Source: an uncultured Spirochaetia bacterium
Lineage (GTDB): Bacteria; Spirochaetota; Spirochaetia; CAZBHR01
Assembly (NCBI GenBank): GCA_964492025.1
Contig: CAZBHR010000001.1
Location: 241,603 to 305,602 of the forward strand
Length of the DNA stretch: 64,000 bases
Reading direction: 5' to 3'
Notes under the pieces: generated by a model
What the model was told of the DNA's origin: nothing
The model's input: the letters and a program-made list of their open reading frames with translations, nothing else
The model's database searches: none
Program-made: the position numbers and the translations under genes
Part shown: positions 18,561-29,605 of the stretch, in pieces
Layout: every line of letters starts with the position of its first letter
Position numbering within the stretch: position 1 is the first letter of the stretch

Positions 18561-19910
18561 CTACACTACTCCTTGATCAAGCATAGCATCGGCAACCTTT
18601 TTAAATCCAGCAATATTTGCTCCTACCACGTAGTTACCAGCAAGGTTATATCTATCTGAGGCATCTTTTACCTGAAAGTGAATAGTCTTCATAATATCTC
18701 GTAGTCGTCCATCAACCTCTTCTCTTGTCCAGTTAAGGTGCTGAGCATTCTGAGCCATCTCTAATCCAGATACCGCAACACCTCCAGCATTAGCAGCCTT
18801 ACCTGGGCCAAAGAGTAGTTTATTTTCAAGAAAGCAGTCTACACCCTCTGGGGTTGTTGGCATATTAGCTCCCTCAGATACAAGGATACACCCATTCTTC
18901 ACCAAGGTTTTTGCATCCTCTCCGGATATCTCATTTTGTGTAGCAGAGGGGAATGCACAGTCCGCTGGAATAGACCAAGGGGTCTTTCCTTCAAGATATA
19001 CAGCTGAACTAAATTTTTCAGCATACTCCTCTATTCTGCCTCTCTCTTTGTTTTTGAGCTGTTTTACAAAATCAAGCTTTTCTCGAGTAATACCATCTTT
19101 ATCGTAGATAGTTCCTCCAGAATCAGAGAATGTTAAGCAGGTTCCCCCAAGATCTAAGATTTTTTCTGCAGTATACTGGGCCACATTTCCAGAACCAGAA
19201 ATAAGACACCTCTTACCTTCCATTGACTGGCCTCTCGTAGCGAGCATCTCCTGAGCAAAGTATACACAACCGTACCCAGTTGCCTCTGGTCGTATGAGAG
19301 AGCCACCCCAGTTAAGCCCTTTTCCTGTGAGAACTCCTGTGAATTCGTTAGTAATTTTTTTATACTGCCCAAAAAGGTATCCTATCTCTCTTCCCCCTAC
19401 TCCGATATCTCCAGCTGGAACATCAGTATGAGCCCCTATATGTCGGTATAACTCATTCATAAAGGATTGACAAAACCGCATAACCTCACGGTCACTCTTG
19501 CCCTTAGGGTTAAAGTCAGAACCTCCCTTACCTCCTCCCATAGGAAGGGTTGTTAAACTGTTCTTGAAGGTTTGCTCAAAGGCTAAAAACTTAAGAATGC
19601 TTAAGTTTACCGAAGGATGGAATCGTAAGCCTCCCTTATATGGGCCTATGGCACTATTCATCTCTACACGGTACCCTCTCGCTACATGGACATTACCGTT
19701 ATCGCTTATCCATGGAACTCTAAACATGATCACTCGTTCAGGCTCAACAAGTCGTTCCAATACTTGGTATTCCAAGTATTTTGGGTGACGATCAATTACA
19801 ACTTCCAAAGATTCAATAACTTCATCTACCGCTTGAATAAACTCCCTTTCATGGGTGCTTTTCTCGTGAATTCTGTTAAGAACCTTGTTTACATAATCAC
19901 TTGCATTCAT
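18561..19910 (-). CDS. gdhA: NADP-specific glutamate dehydrogenase
   Basis: GPYKGGLRFHPSVN, PMGGGKGGSDF, DVPAGDIGVG, RPEATGYG, GKAANAGGV. Confidence 0.95.
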   Translation of the reverse strand: MNASDYVNKVLNRIHEKSTHEREFIQAVDEVIESLEVVIDRHPKYLEYQVLERLVEPERVIMFRVPWISDNGNVHVARGYRVEMNSAIGPYKGGLRFHPSVNLSILKFLAFEQTFKNSLTTLPMGGGKGGSDFNPKGKSDREVMRFCQSFMNELYRHIGAHTDVPAGDIGVGGREIGYLFGQYKKITNEFTGVLTGKGLNWGGSLIRPEATGYGCVYFAQEMLATRGQSMEGKRCLISGSGNVAQYTAEKILDLGGTCLTFSDSGGTIYDKDGITREKLDFVKQLKNKERGRIEEYAEKFSSAVYLEGKTPWSIPADCAFPSATQNEISGEDAKTLVKNGCILVSEGANMPTTPEGVDCFLENKLLFGPGKAANAGGVAVSGLEMAQNAQHLNWTREEVDGRLRDIMKTIHFQVKDASDRYNLAGNYVVGANIAGFKKVADAMLDQGVV

Positions 19911-19989
19911 AATGTCTCCTTCTCTTTTTGTTTCTATGTATAATAATCTTCCTGTATAATCTATATCAGGATCTTTACTTTTTGCCTAG

Positions 19990-20018
19990 TAGGCATAAAC
20001 ACTTTTTTTCAGTATGAT
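19990..20018 (+). promoter_or_regulatory. Promoter of the MATE operon, leaderless layout
   Basis: TAGGCA-17 nt-TATGAT, then 6 nt to the ATG at 20025; no SD. Confidence 0.5.
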
Positions 20019-20024
20019 AGCTCC

Positions 20025-21374
20025 ATGAGCGAACAAAAGGGTTCTTTTTTAGGAACAGAAAAATTATCATCACTTTTATTTAAACTGTCATTACCAGCTA
20101 TCGTTGCAATGGTAGTAAACTCTCTTTACAATGTAGTAGACCGAATTTTTGTAGGCCAAGGTGTTGGAGCCTTAGCTATTGGAGCCCTCTCTATCACCTT
20201 CCCTATCCAGCTCTTTATTGGAGCCGTTGGTATTGGTATGGGAGCTGGGTGTGCCTCTCTTGTATCCCGTAGTTTGGGGTCAAATGACACGGATACGGCC
20301 CGAAAAACCATAGGAACAGGAATATCAGTACTTACCATTCTTTCAGCTATCATGATGCTGGTACTTCTTATATTCCCTGACCAAGTACTTATATTTTTGG
20401 GAGCTACCGAAGAACTCCTCCCCTATAGTAGGGAGTACCTAGATATTATTGTTTGGGGTGTTCCTTTTATCTGTCTCGGTATGTTAGGAAATAATGTACT
20501 ACGATCTGAGGGACGTGCTAAAGCTGCAATGGCTAGCCTTTTAATTGGTGCTGTAGGTAATATCATTTTAGATCCTATATTTATTTTCACCTTTGACATG
20601 GGTATTAAAGGTGCTGCTCTAGCAACCCTACTTAGCCGAATTCTATCTGGCGTGTGGGTTATGGTTGTTCTTCAGAAAGGTTCTAAACCTCTTAAGTTAC
20701 ATGAATATGCAATTAATCTTGGCATACTGAAAGAGACCTCTCTCATTGGTCTAGCCTCCTTTATTCAGCAAGCAGGTATGAGCATTGTTACGATTGTGGT
20801 AAACAACCTACTCCGTGCTTTTGGTACCAATACTGATATTATTATTTATGGTATTTCGCAAACCTTTCTTATGTTTTTAGTTATGCCTGCTATAGGTATT
20901 GCACAGGGATTCCAGCCTGTAGCAGGATTCAACTATGGAGCACAGAAGTACCATAGACTACGGGAAGTGTGTAAGCTTGGGCTAAAATGGATGTTCACTA
21001 TTACCTTAGCATTCTGGCTTTTTGCGATAATTTTCCCATCCATTTTTATTAAGATGTTTGTTTCAGAGGCTTCTGTAGTAACCCAAGGAACTCCAGTACT
21101 CAGAACCATGGTTGCCGCATTTATTCTTGTCCCTTTAAATATTTTAGGATCCGTATATTTTCAAGCCATTGGAAAACAGGGAGAAGCTTTTTTTCTCAGC
21201 CTTTCTCGACAGTTTATTATTCTTATTCCGGTGCTGTTCCTCCTTGGATACGCCATAGGAATTGAGGGAATTTGGTTAGCATTTCCCATAGCAGACTTAC
21301 TATCTAGTATTCTCACTGGAACCCTATTTTATAAAAATATCAAGAGCCTTCCCTATGAAGACTCCTGTGAGTAA
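20025..21374 (+). CDS. MATE-family efflux transporter (MepA-like)
   Basis: LYNVVDRIFVG, RSEGRAKAAM, NIILDPIFIF, GAALAT; about 12 TM segments. Confidence 0.92.
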   Translation: MSEQKGSFLGTEKLSSLLFKLSLPAIVAMVVNSLYNVVDRIFVGQGVGALAIGALSITFPIQLFIGAVGIGMGAGCASLVSRSLGSNDTDTARKTIGTGISVLTILSAIMMLVLLIFPDQVLIFLGATEELLPYSREYLDIIVWGVPFICLGMLGNNVLRSEGRAKAAMASLLIGAVGNIILDPIFIFTFDMGIKGAALATLLSRILSGVWVMVVLQKGSKPLKLHEYAINLGILKETSLIGLASFIQQAGMSIVTIVVNNLLRAFGTNTDIIIYGISQTFLMFLVMPAIGIAQGFQPVAGFNYGAQKYHRLREVCKLGLKWMFTITLAFWLFAIIFPSIFIKMFVSEASVVTQGTPVLRTMVAAFILVPLNILGSVYFQAIGKQGEAFFLSLSRQFIILIPVLFLLGYAIGIEGIWLAFPIADLLSSILTGTLFYKNIKSLPYEDSCE

Positions 21375-21377
21375 GAC

Positions 21378-21977
21378 ATGTTTAATGATACGATAAACTT
21401 AAAGCATGAACTTTTAAGAAAATCGATTCACCTCACCTCTCTTTTGACTATACCAATAATGTACTTTGGTGGGCGTGTGCTTACGCTCACCCTTATTGGT
21501 ATAGCAATGATAGTTTTTTTATGTATTGAATATGGAAGGCTCAGACGTGGTTGGCACTGGATAGGAACAGTGATTGTAGAGAATACTGCACGAGGGAAAG
21601 AGTCGGATAAACTGATTATTGCACCTCTTGCAATGGCTCTAGGAATAGGTGGAATAATACTGCTTTTTCCAAATGATGCCATTATATACTCCGCCATCTG
21701 TGCAGCAGCTTTAGGAGACTCATTTGCAGCAATAGGAGGAAAGATCCTAAAAAATCCTAAAAGAGTAGGACCTAGTCATAAGAGCTATATCGGAGCCTTT
21801 TCATGCTTTCTGATATCTACAATATCTGCCTACCTATTTACCCAATCTCTTATACTCTCACTCATTGGAGGAGCGGTTGCAACTATAGTAGAGCTACTCC
21901 CCTTAGGAAGTTGGGATAACACCTTAATACCTTTTACCGTAGCTGGAGCCATGAGCTTAGCTCTTTTTGTCCTATAA
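21378..21977 (+). CDS. CTP-dependent polyprenol/phytol-kinase-like (cytidylyltransferase family) membrane protein
   Basis: ELLRKSIH, GDSFAAIGGK, KSYIG, VELLP..WDN motifs. Confidence 0.75.
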   Translation: MFNDTINLKHELLRKSIHLTSLLTIPIMYFGGRVLTLTLIGIAMIVFLCIEYGRLRRGWHWIGTVIVENTARGKESDKLIIAPLAMALGIGGIILLFPNDAIIYSAICAAALGDSFAAIGGKILKNPKRVGPSHKSYIGAFSCFLISTISAYLFTQSLILSLIGGAVATIVELLPLGSWDNTLIPFTVAGAMSLALFVL

Positions 21978-22069
21978 TAGAAACATTTAATACTCCTTCT
22001 TAGAACTATCAATCTCTGTTACCATACAACCATCTTTGCTATTTCTCTCTTTTTTAGTATAGTAAAAAT

Positions 22070-22933
22070 ATGGAAAAGAGAAACACAGTTTGCATTACGG
22101 GAGCATCCTCTGGAATTGGAGCTGCAACAGCACTTTACTTCCTCCAACGAGGCTGGAACGTAGCCGCAACTATGAGGGATGTTCATGGCAATCACGGACT
22201 TATTCCCTCGGATCGACTAAAGTTATACACCCTAGATGTGACCAGTGAACCATCAATTGAGATGACCGCACTGCAGATACTCCATGATTGGGGTTCTATT
22301 GAAGCGGTAGTGAATAATGCGGGATTTGGAACCATGGGACTCTTTGAGTCTGCAGATTATCAAGACATTACTCGACAGTTTGATGTAAACGTATTTGGAC
22401 TTATGTCAGTGACAAAGGTGTTTCTCCCCCACTTTCGAAACCAACGAAGAGGGGTATTTATCAATGTCTCATCAGTAGGTGGGCGAGCTGGTTTTCCCAT
22501 GCATACACTTTATAACAGCTCTAAATTTGCGGTAGAAGGTTTTTCAGAATCCCTCTGGTATGAACTTACACCACTTGGAATTGGGGTAAAACTTGTAGAG
22601 CCAGGGAGTGTTGCCACAAACTTTTACGGACCATCCGCAAATATCTTACCCCCTATGGATGATCCACAATGCAAAAAAATGCACAATGTGTGCTCCTTAC
22701 GTTGTAAAAAATTCCGTACAAAAGGGGCACCTCCTCAGAAAGTTGCTAAAACTATATATAAAGCAGCTACTGGGAGAAAGCAGAAGCTGCGCTACCCTGT
22801 TACAGCTGAGGCAAGATGGCTATCTATAGGAATGAGACTTCTTCCTCAAAGATGGATACGAAATATTATTGGAAGAGTATTTTTAGGGTCTGAAGCGGAT
22901 TTCTCTGAACCCTATTCTACTGATAAAGAGTAG
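22070..22933 (+). CDS. Short-chain dehydrogenase/reductase
   Basis: TGASSGIG, NNAG, NVSS, YNSSK. Confidence 0.92.
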   Translation: MEKRNTVCITGASSGIGAATALYFLQRGWNVAATMRDVHGNHGLIPSDRLKLYTLDVTSEPSIEMTALQILHDWGSIEAVVNNAGFGTMGLFESADYQDITRQFDVNVFGLMSVTKVFLPHFRNQRRGVFINVSSVGGRAGFPMHTLYNSSKFAVEGFSESLWYELTPLGIGVKLVEPGSVATNFYGPSANILPPMDDPQCKKMHNVCSLRCKKFRTKGAPPQKVAKTIYKAATGRKQKLRYPVTAEARWLSIGMRLLPQRWIRNIIGRVFLGSEADFSEPYSTDKE

Positions 22934-22946
22934 TCCCACAAAAGAC

Positions 22947-23999
22947 CTACATACTAGAGATATTTATACCGGGGAGATCTAAGAAAAAATCCTTATCAAA
23001 TACCATTGGGGTAGTTTGAAACCCAGGACTAAACTCTCCCCAAATAACTCTTTTTACCGCCTCTAAGGATGAGTGAACCGTATAGCTATAGGGGTCTGGA
23101 GTTGTAATAAGAAATTTCACCTCCTCCCCTTTTTCGTTACTTCCAATAATGTAGACAGAGGAGTTTTGCCTACGTCGCTCTTCGTCAGTAGGACCATAGG
23201 GCTCTTGCTCTAAACGCTTTGCCAAATACTTTTTTACAAAGGGAAGCTTATAAAAATAGTAACGCCACCCTTTTCCTGCAATCCAACGGGTTAAAGGAGA
23301 ATCTGAGGGAATGTAGGTGGTGATATTTGAAATACTCGTTGTATAAGCGGTGGTAATAACTGCTCCCCAGGGAACAGATTGCCAACGCTTTCTTGCTCCC
23401 TCAAAGGGAGATCTCTCATATCGAGGACGAATAGTGTAGTGAAGCCACCCACCACGTCGCTCTACAATTCCCTTAGATATGCTAGGAATAAAGCTTTTTA
23501 ATGTCCCTCGAGAAACTCGATCAATACCAGAGATAAAAATTTTTAAACTATCAACATCGGGAAGCATATCTCTTACCATTTGACCAGCGTAGTCCATAAG
23601 ACTCATCCCAAACCCTACTCCAGGAAGAAGCATTACACCTGAGTCCTTTGCAACAAGATCCAGAGAACTTTGACACATCATAAGAGGAGCCAACTCAAAG
23701 GAGAGATCTAAATAGTGAACACGTTTATTTAAACAAGCCTCAATAAGAAGGGGTGCAGTTTGTACGTAGGGTCCTGCAACATTTAAAACCACAGGAACTT
23801 CCGTAACCGCATCTTCCATGTTAAGACGATCCTTAAGTGAAAATACCCTATAGGGAACTCCATAGTAGTTAGCAAGGGTGATAAGCTTTGACTCATCTCT
23901 TCCCGCTATTATGGGAGACATTCCAAGTTTTACTGCCTGCTCTAATATTAATGAGCCAGTGTAACCAGTAGCTCCATACAAGAGGAACTTGTATTCCAT
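22947..23999 (-). CDS. Saccharopine-dehydrogenase-like NAD(P)-dependent oxidoreductase
   Basis: YGATGYTG, AGRD, NVAGPY, HYLDLS..E, PGFQTTP. Confidence 0.85.
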   Translation of the reverse strand: MEYKFLLYGATGYTGSLILEQAVKLGMSPIIAGRDESKLITLANYYGVPYRVFSLKDRLNMEDAVTEVPVVLNVAGPYVQTAPLLIEACLNKRVHYLDLSFELAPLMMCQSSLDLVAKDSGVMLLPGVGFGMSLMDYAGQMVRDMLPDVDSLKIFISGIDRVSRGTLKSFIPSISKGIVERRGGWLHYTIRPRYERSPFEGARKRWQSVPWGAVITTAYTTSISNITTYIPSDSPLTRWIAGKGWRYYFYKLPFVKKYLAKRLEQEPYGPTDEERRRQNSSVYIIGSNEKGEEVKFLITTPDPYSYTVHSSLEAVKRVIWGEFSPGFQTTPMVFDKDFFLDLPGINISSM

Positions 24000-24025
24000 T
24001 CCTCACCTCTCCTCTGTTTTCTCCC

Positions 24026-24108
24026 ATAATAGAAGTATTTTCATATTTATGCAAGTGATTCCCTCTCCTCTCTTTGGGCTTGCACTCTCCTCTCTTCCCT
24101 GATACAGT
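24026..24108. promoter_or_regulatory. Divergent sigma70 promoters with a 12-bp direct repeat
   Basis: Minus strand: TTGCAT(24054-49)-17-TATTAT(24031-26). Plus strand: TTGCAC(24080-85)-17-TACAGT(24103-08). CTCTCCTCTCTT occurs at 24063 and 24085. Confidence 0.55.
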
Positions 24109-24125
24109 ATGTGCTGAGGTGAAGC

Positions 24126-24935
24126 GTGCTTAAAATATCCAATCTCACATATCCAATAACCCCTTCTTTTGGGTTTCAAGATGTATCTCTTCAATTCAAA
24201 GGGGGTGAAAAAGTAGCTATCTTAGGAGGTTCCTATTGTGGAAAACAGACACTCACTATGCTCGTTACTGCCCAAAGACACCTGCCTAAAGGGGATTCTC
24301 TTATTGAGATAGATGGAGTCCCATGTAAAAGGGACCCAACCTACTTAAGCCAATACGTTCTCATTCCAGAAACCCCAAACCTCCCCTCCATAAGGATGTA
24401 TCATTATGCTGAATACATGGGGTCTCTTTATCCAACCTTCGATATGAAAAGTTTTTTTCATTACAGTGATATACTACAAATACAAACAGATTGGAACCTA
24501 AAAAAACAACCTCTTGGGATACAGAAAAAATTCCTTCTTGCACTCAGTTTATCCATACATGCACCTCTTATTATTGCTTCAAACCTCTTTTATCATATTA
24601 CTCCATCCGATGGAGAACTCATTCGTACAGCTATTCATGATTACAATGAAAAAGATAGCACTATACTATTCATTGGTGCAGATCTTCCGTATGTTGAAGA
24701 TGAAATATCCCACTATGTAGCATTAAAAAAGGGTGAAATTATCTACTCTGATAGAGTAACAGACCTAGAAAGAGACTTCACCCTATATATTGATGAAGAG
24801 ACAAAGCACATTATGATACAAAAAAGAGAGCCTGGGGACTCTTCTTGGAAAAGATCACTTTTCTTTACAAACTACAAAGAGATTGAGCCTAAATTTCAAT
24901 CTCTCATTCTTACAAAGGGAGAAGAACTATCGTGA
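24126..24935 (+). CDS. Degenerate ABC ATP-binding protein
   Basis: ABC-like layout, but Walker A reads GGSYCGKQT, the signature QPLGIQKK, Walker B LIIASN, and there is no H-loop His. Confidence 0.7.
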   Translation: MLKISNLTYPITPSFGFQDVSLQFKGGEKVAILGGSYCGKQTLTMLVTAQRHLPKGDSLIEIDGVPCKRDPTYLSQYVLIPETPNLPSIRMYHYAEYMGSLYPTFDMKSFFHYSDILQIQTDWNLKKQPLGIQKKFLLALSLSIHAPLIIASNLFYHITPSDGELIRTAIHDYNEKDSTILFIGADLPYVEDEISHYVALKKGEIIYSDRVTDLERDFTLYIDEETKHIMIQKREPGDSSWKRSLFFTNYKEIEPKFQSLILTKGEELS

Positions 24936-25696
24936 ACCAACGTTTTTCAGGAAAGGTTATACTATCTATGCTACTCTTTATTATGCATTCACAGAAAAAA
25001 AGAGTATTTATTCTCATGGGTATTATTTTTTTAGGAGCTCTTGTTCCTGATGTACTATCACTTACATCAAAAAGCTATGCAAACATTCTGGGAACAATAA
25101 TCATAGGTACAGGGATTTATCTTTCAACTCTTATTGGTGGAAGTACCCATAAACCACAATTAAAGCCTCTATGGCTACCCATACCACTTAGTACGGCAGA
25201 AAAAACAGCTCTTATCTGTATAATATCCCACCTACTCCTTCCCCTTATCACTCTCTTTTTTACTCTTTCAACAGCAATCATAAGCAGTATAGCTATTATG
25301 CTAACAGGGGGAACTACCCCTATTTTTAGTCCCTTTTCAGTAGATGTACTTATCGCATTTGTAATATATATCATCATCTACCCACTATATACACTCTCAT
25401 CTTATCGCATCCGAAACCACTCAATTCTTGGGGGTACAGCTATTATTGTAGCTGGAATAAGTACAATTGCTATGATTATTATTGCAATACTAGGAAAGGA
25501 AACACTTTTTTCCCTTGTTGATAGATTAATAAAAGGGTTAACAGAGCAGAAAGTTTCTATCATCCAGATAAGTACGGGATGGCAGGTATTCCTTACAGTG
25601 CTATGGAGTCTTACTTTTACTATGATGCCCCTATTCCTCTGGGCAGGAGTATACTACTCAATAGAGGAAGAAGAATATGAGGCTAGAGAACCATGA
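24932..25696 (+). CDS. ABC-2-like membrane protein
   Basis: About six hydrophobic segments; start overlaps the upstream stop (GTGA). Confidence 0.7.
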   Translation: MNQRFSGKVILSMLLFIMHSQKKRVFILMGIIFLGALVPDVLSLTSKSYANILGTIIIGTGIYLSTLIGGSTHKPQLKPLWLPIPLSTAEKTALICIISHLLLPLITLFFTLSTAIISSIAIMLTGGTTPIFSPFSVDVLIAFVIYIIIYPLYTLSSYRIRNHSILGGTAIIVAGISTIAMIIIAILGKETLFSLVDRLIKGLTEQKVSIIQISTGWQVFLTVLWSLTFTMMPLFLWAGVYYSIEEEEYEAREP

Positions 25697-25791
25697 AAAA
25701 AAGTACAAAAGCTATGGCAATACTTGTTGGGATTTTTGGATGCTCAACAGTTATTACAGGAATAATTCTATTTATTCAGCTTAATAGATAG
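25693..25791 (+). CDS. Putative 32-aa single-TM membrane peptide
   Basis: Manual translation MKKSTKAMAILVGIFGCSTVITGIILFIQLNR*; ATGA overlap with the permease stop. Confidence 0.45.
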   Translation: MKKSTKAMAILVGIFGCSTVITGIILFIQLNR

Positions 25792-26502
25792 TTGCTTACG
25801 AATCTCATAAAGAATAACACCCGCAGCCACAGAAACATTGAGTGAGTCTACATGACCCATAGTAGCAATAGAGAGTGTCTCATCCGCTCTCTCTCCAAGA
25901 AGTCTTCCTACCCCTCTACCTTCAGCTCCCATAATAACAGCAACTTTTCCTGAGAACGTGGCACCCTGAATAGGAGTTCCTCCCATATCCGCTGCATACA
26001 CCCAATACCCATTTTCTTGAAGCATCTCTACAACTCGAATAAGATTTGTCTCAAAGAACACAGGCAAGTAAGCATCCGCTCCCGCCGCACTTTGAGAGGC
26101 TACGGGAGTAATCTTGGCACTTTTATCTTTGGGACACACAACAGCAGATACTCCAAACTGATCACTACTACGAATAATAGCACCAAGATTATGGGGATCA
26201 GAAACACCATCAAGAATAACAATAATATCCTGGGTAGTATCTTTTGTAATGATATCTTGAAGTGTTTGAGATCCACTCACTTTTCCCACCGATTCGGTAG
26301 CAAAAATAATCTTCCTATGCTCTTTTCCCCCCATACGATCTAGCTCTTGGAGAGATACTTTTTTATGGGGGATTTTTTTCTGCTTTGCAAGGAGAATAAT
26401 TTTTAGGGCACGCTTATTCTTCACATCGGAAGTTGTATAAAGCGTACCCCGTCGATCGGCCTTTATAGACTCTTCTATTGAATGAAGCCCCGTAAGATAC
26501 AT
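25768..26502 (-). CDS. rlmB: 23S rRNA 2'-O-methyltransferase (TrmH/SpoU family)
   Basis: LDGVSDPHNLGAIIRS, GAEGRG, VDSLNVSVAAG. Confidence 0.88.
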   Translation of the reverse strand: MYLTGLHSIEESIKADRRGTLYTTSDVKNKRALKIILLAKQKKIPHKKVSLQELDRMGGKEHRKIIFATESVGKVSGSQTLQDIITKDTTQDIIVILDGVSDPHNLGAIIRSSDQFGVSAVVCPKDKSAKITPVASQSAAGADAYLPVFFETNLIRVVEMLQENGYWVYAADMGGTPIQGATFSGKVAVIMGAEGRGVGRLLGERADETLSIATMGHVDSLNVSVAAGVILYEIRKQLSIKLNK

Positions 26503-27638
26503 TATAGATCCTTAAGAGGAACCGGAGATGGTGCCAAATCTTCACCCATTCTTTCAGATAGCTCTTGAAGAAGTTTTTTCTCCTTAGATCCAACTTTCTT
26601 TGGAATAGTAACATCAATTTTAACGTACATATCACCAGATCTATTTCTGTTGGGAATTGGCATACCATGCCCTCTTAGGCGAAAAATCTTACCACTCTGG
26701 GTACCACTGGGGATTTCAAGTTTAATCTTCTTTCCCTCTACGGTAGATACAGTAATAGAACTTCCTAAAATAGCTTGGGTTACAGAGATAGGAATAACGC
26801 AGTACACATCATCGTTATCTCTTTCAAAGTACTTATCTTCTTTTACACGAACTACCACATAGAGATCACCTGGTGGGTATCCATCACTACTGGCATTCCC
26901 CTTCCCTCGAACAGGAATTCTATTACCATTATCAATACCAGCAGGTATGGTAATATTGAGGGTGGTCTTTTTCTTCACCACACCATTTCCACTACATGCA
27001 GAACAGGGGTTCTCTATCACCATACCAGCACCTCGACAGGAGGGACAGGTTGTGGCTACAGAGAAAAGTCCAGAGTTCCTTCGAACCTGACCATTACCTC
27101 CACAGGTGTTACAAACTTTTTTACCAGATCCGGAAGCAGCACCACTTCCATGGCAGGTTTCGCAAACTATGTATCGCTGGTAACTAATAGTCTCTTTCGT
27201 TCCGTGAACCGCATCTTGGAAGGAGATAGTAAGATCGTATCGAAGATCCTCTCCTCCCTGATGGCTCTCTTGCCTGCCACCAGCACGACCAAAGAGAGCA
27301 TCAAAGATACTACCACCTCCAGAGAAACCACCGCCTCCACCGAAGCCATTACCAAATATATCGCTAAACTCACGAAATACCGATGAGTAGTCGTGCTGAC
27401 CACCTCCCATGCCATCGACACCGGCAAAACCAAATTGATCATAGTTTTGCCGTTTAGAGGTGTCACTTAACACTTCATACGCCTCGGTAGCCTCTTTAAA
27501 ATGCTCCTCAGCTTCCGCATTACCCTGATTCTTATCTGGGTGATACTTAAGTGCAAGTTTACGATAAGCCTTTTTTATCTCATCTACAGAGGCTCCCTTC
27601 TCAACGCCGAGAACCTCGTAATAATCTCGTTTAGCCAA
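26502..27638 (-). CDS. dnaJ: Chaperone DnaJ
   Basis: J-domain with HPD, G/F-rich region, four CxxCxGxG motifs. Confidence 0.97.
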   Translation of the reverse strand: MAKRDYYEVLGVEKGASVDEIKKAYRKLALKYHPDKNQGNAEAEEHFKEATEAYEVLSDTSKRQNYDQFGFAGVDGMGGGQHDYSSVFREFSDIFGNGFGGGGGFSGGGSIFDALFGRAGGRQESHQGGEDLRYDLTISFQDAVHGTKETISYQRYIVCETCHGSGAASGSGKKVCNTCGGNGQVRRNSGLFSVATTCPSCRGAGMVIENPCSACSGNGVVKKKTTLNITIPAGIDNGNRIPVRGKGNASSDGYPPGDLYVVVRVKEDKYFERDNDDVYCVIPISVTQAILGSSITVSTVEGKKIKLEIPSGTQSGKIFRLRGHGMPIPNRNRSGDMYVKIDVTIPKKVGSKEKKLLQELSERMGEDLAPSPVPLKDL

Positions 27639-27645
27639 GTTACAC

Positions 27646-29553
27646 CTACTCCTCGTCTACAACTTCGTAGGTTGCATCCTCTACGTCATTCTCGTTGGAA
27701 GATTCATTAGCCTGACTAGCCGCACCCTCTGGAGCTGGTCCAGCACCGGGCTGTGCATTGGCATACATCTTCTCTCCAACCTTTTGAACAGCAGCAGAAA
27801 GTACTTCCATTTTTGCAGAAATTGCATCACTATCGGTACCTTTTAGTGCCTCTGAAAGATCCTGAGAAGCTTTCTCAATTTCACTCTTCTCTTCAGGAGA
27901 AAGCTTATCACCATTCTCTTTCATGAGCTTCTCTGTGGAGTACACAAGATTCTCCGCGTTGTTTCGAAGCTCTACTTGCTCTTTTGCCTTTTTATCTTCC
28001 GCCGCATGGGCTTCCGCATCTTTTACCATCTTGTCAATCTCATCATCACTGAGACCTGAAGAAGACTCAATTCGTATTTTCTGCTCTTTTCCTGTACCAA
28101 GATCCTTAGCTGATACGTGTACAATACCGTTAGCATCAATATCAAAGGATACCTCAATCTGAGGAACACCTCGTGGTGCTGGTGGAATATCGGTAAGCTC
28201 AAATCGCCCTAGAGTTCGGTTTTGTGCAGCAAGCTCTCGCTCTCCCTGAAGTACATGAATAGATACACCTGGTTGATTATCTGCTGCAGTAGAGAAAGTT
28301 TGACTCTTCTTGGTTGGGATTGTGGTATTTCTCTCAATAAGTCGAGTAAATACTCCTCCAAGTGTCTCAATACCCAATGAAAGAGGAGTAACATCAAGAA
28401 GAAGAATATCATTTACGTCTCCTCCTAAGATACCACCCTGAATTGCAGCACCCATGGCTACAACCTCATCTGGGTTAACTCCCTTATTAGGAGCTTTACC
28501 AAAAATCTCTTGTACTATAGCTTGTACCGCTGGAATTCTAGTAGATCCACCAACAAGTAAAACCTCATCAATTTCAGAAACATCAATTCCCGCATCCTTA
28601 AGTGCGTTAAGACAAGGCTGTTTAGTTCTCTCAACAAGGCCACCAACCATCTTCTCAAAATTTGCTCTTGTAAGCTGGCATTGAAGGTGTTTAGGACCGT
28701 TTGCATCAGCCGTAATAAAGGGCAAGTTTATATCGGTAGACTGTGAACTAGAAAGCTCAATTTTAGCCTTTTCCGCAGCCTCCTTAAGACGCTGTAGTGC
28801 CATTTTATCAGATCTAAGATCAATGCCTTGCTCATTTTTGAAGGTATCAACTAACCAGTCAATAAGCACTTGATCAAAGTTATCTCCACCGAGGTGAGTA
28901 TCTCCATTGGTAGATTTTACCTCAAATACACCATCGGCAAGCTCAAGAATAGAGATATCAAAGGTACCACCACCAAGGTCGTATACCGCAATTTTCTCAT
29001 CCTTATTATTATCTTTAGCTAATCCGTAAGCAAGGGCTGCTGCGGTAGGCTCATTTACAATTCGTCGAACTTCAAGTCCCGCAATTTTACCAGCATCCTT
29101 GGTAGCCTGTCTCTGGGAGTCATTAAAGTAAGCTGGTACTGTAATAACCGCTTCTGTTACACTCTCCCCAAGATAGTCCTCGGCGGTTTGCTTCATTTTT
29201 TGGAGAGTGGCTGCTGAAATCTCTGGAGCTGAGTAATCTTTTCCCTGAGCGGTAATTCGAATAGATCCACCACTCTCAGTTACGTGATAAGGCATATGAG
29301 ATATCTCATCTTTAACCTCTGCAAAAGAGGATCCCATAAAACGTTTTACCGAATAGATGGTATTCTCTGGGTTAGTTACAATCTGATTCTTTGCAGGCTG
29401 TCCTACAAGCCTATCACCCTTAGCGGTAAATCCAACAATAGAGGGGGTTGTCCTTTGCCCTTCAGCATTCTGAATAACAATTGGCTCCTTACCCTCCATT
29501 ACGGAAACACACGAGTTTGTTGTTCCTAAGTCAATTCCAATTATTCTTCCCAT
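27646..29553 (-). CDS. dnaK: Chaperone DnaK
   Basis: [32 protein letters not shown]. Confidence 0.98.
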   Translation of the reverse strand: MGRIIGIDLGTTNSCVSVMEGKEPIVIQNAEGQRTTPSIVGFTAKGDRLVGQPAKNQIVTNPENTIYSVKRFMGSSFAEVKDEISHMPYHVTESGGSIRITAQGKDYSAPEISAATLQKMKQTAEDYLGESVTEAVITVPAYFNDSQRQATKDAGKIAGLEVRRIVNEPTAAALAYGLAKDNNKDEKIAVYDLGGGTFDISILELADGVFEVKSTNGDTHLGGDNFDQVLIDWLVDTFKNEQGIDLRSDKMALQRLKEAAEKAKIELSSSQSTDINLPFITADANGPKHLQCQLTRANFEKMVGGLVERTKQPCLNALKDAGIDVSEIDEVLLVGGSTRIPAVQAIVQEIFGKAPNKGVNPDEVVAMGAAIQGGILGGDVNDILLLDVTPLSLGIETLGGVFTRLIERNTTIPTKKSQTFSTAADNQPGVSIHVLQGERELAAQNRTLGRFELTDIPPAPRGVPQIEVSFDIDANGIVHVSAKDLGTGKEQKIRIESSSGLSDDEIDKMVKDAEAHAAEDKKAKEQVELRNNAENLVYSTEKLMKENGDKLSPEEKSEIEKASQDLSEALKGTDSDAISAKMEVLSAAVQKVGEKMYANAQPGAGPAPEGAASQANESSNENDVEDATYEVVDEE

Positions 29554-29605
29554 AGTATTCTCCTTAATTCCTTAAATCTCTAAAAATCTTTTAAAACTCA
29601 ATTCC

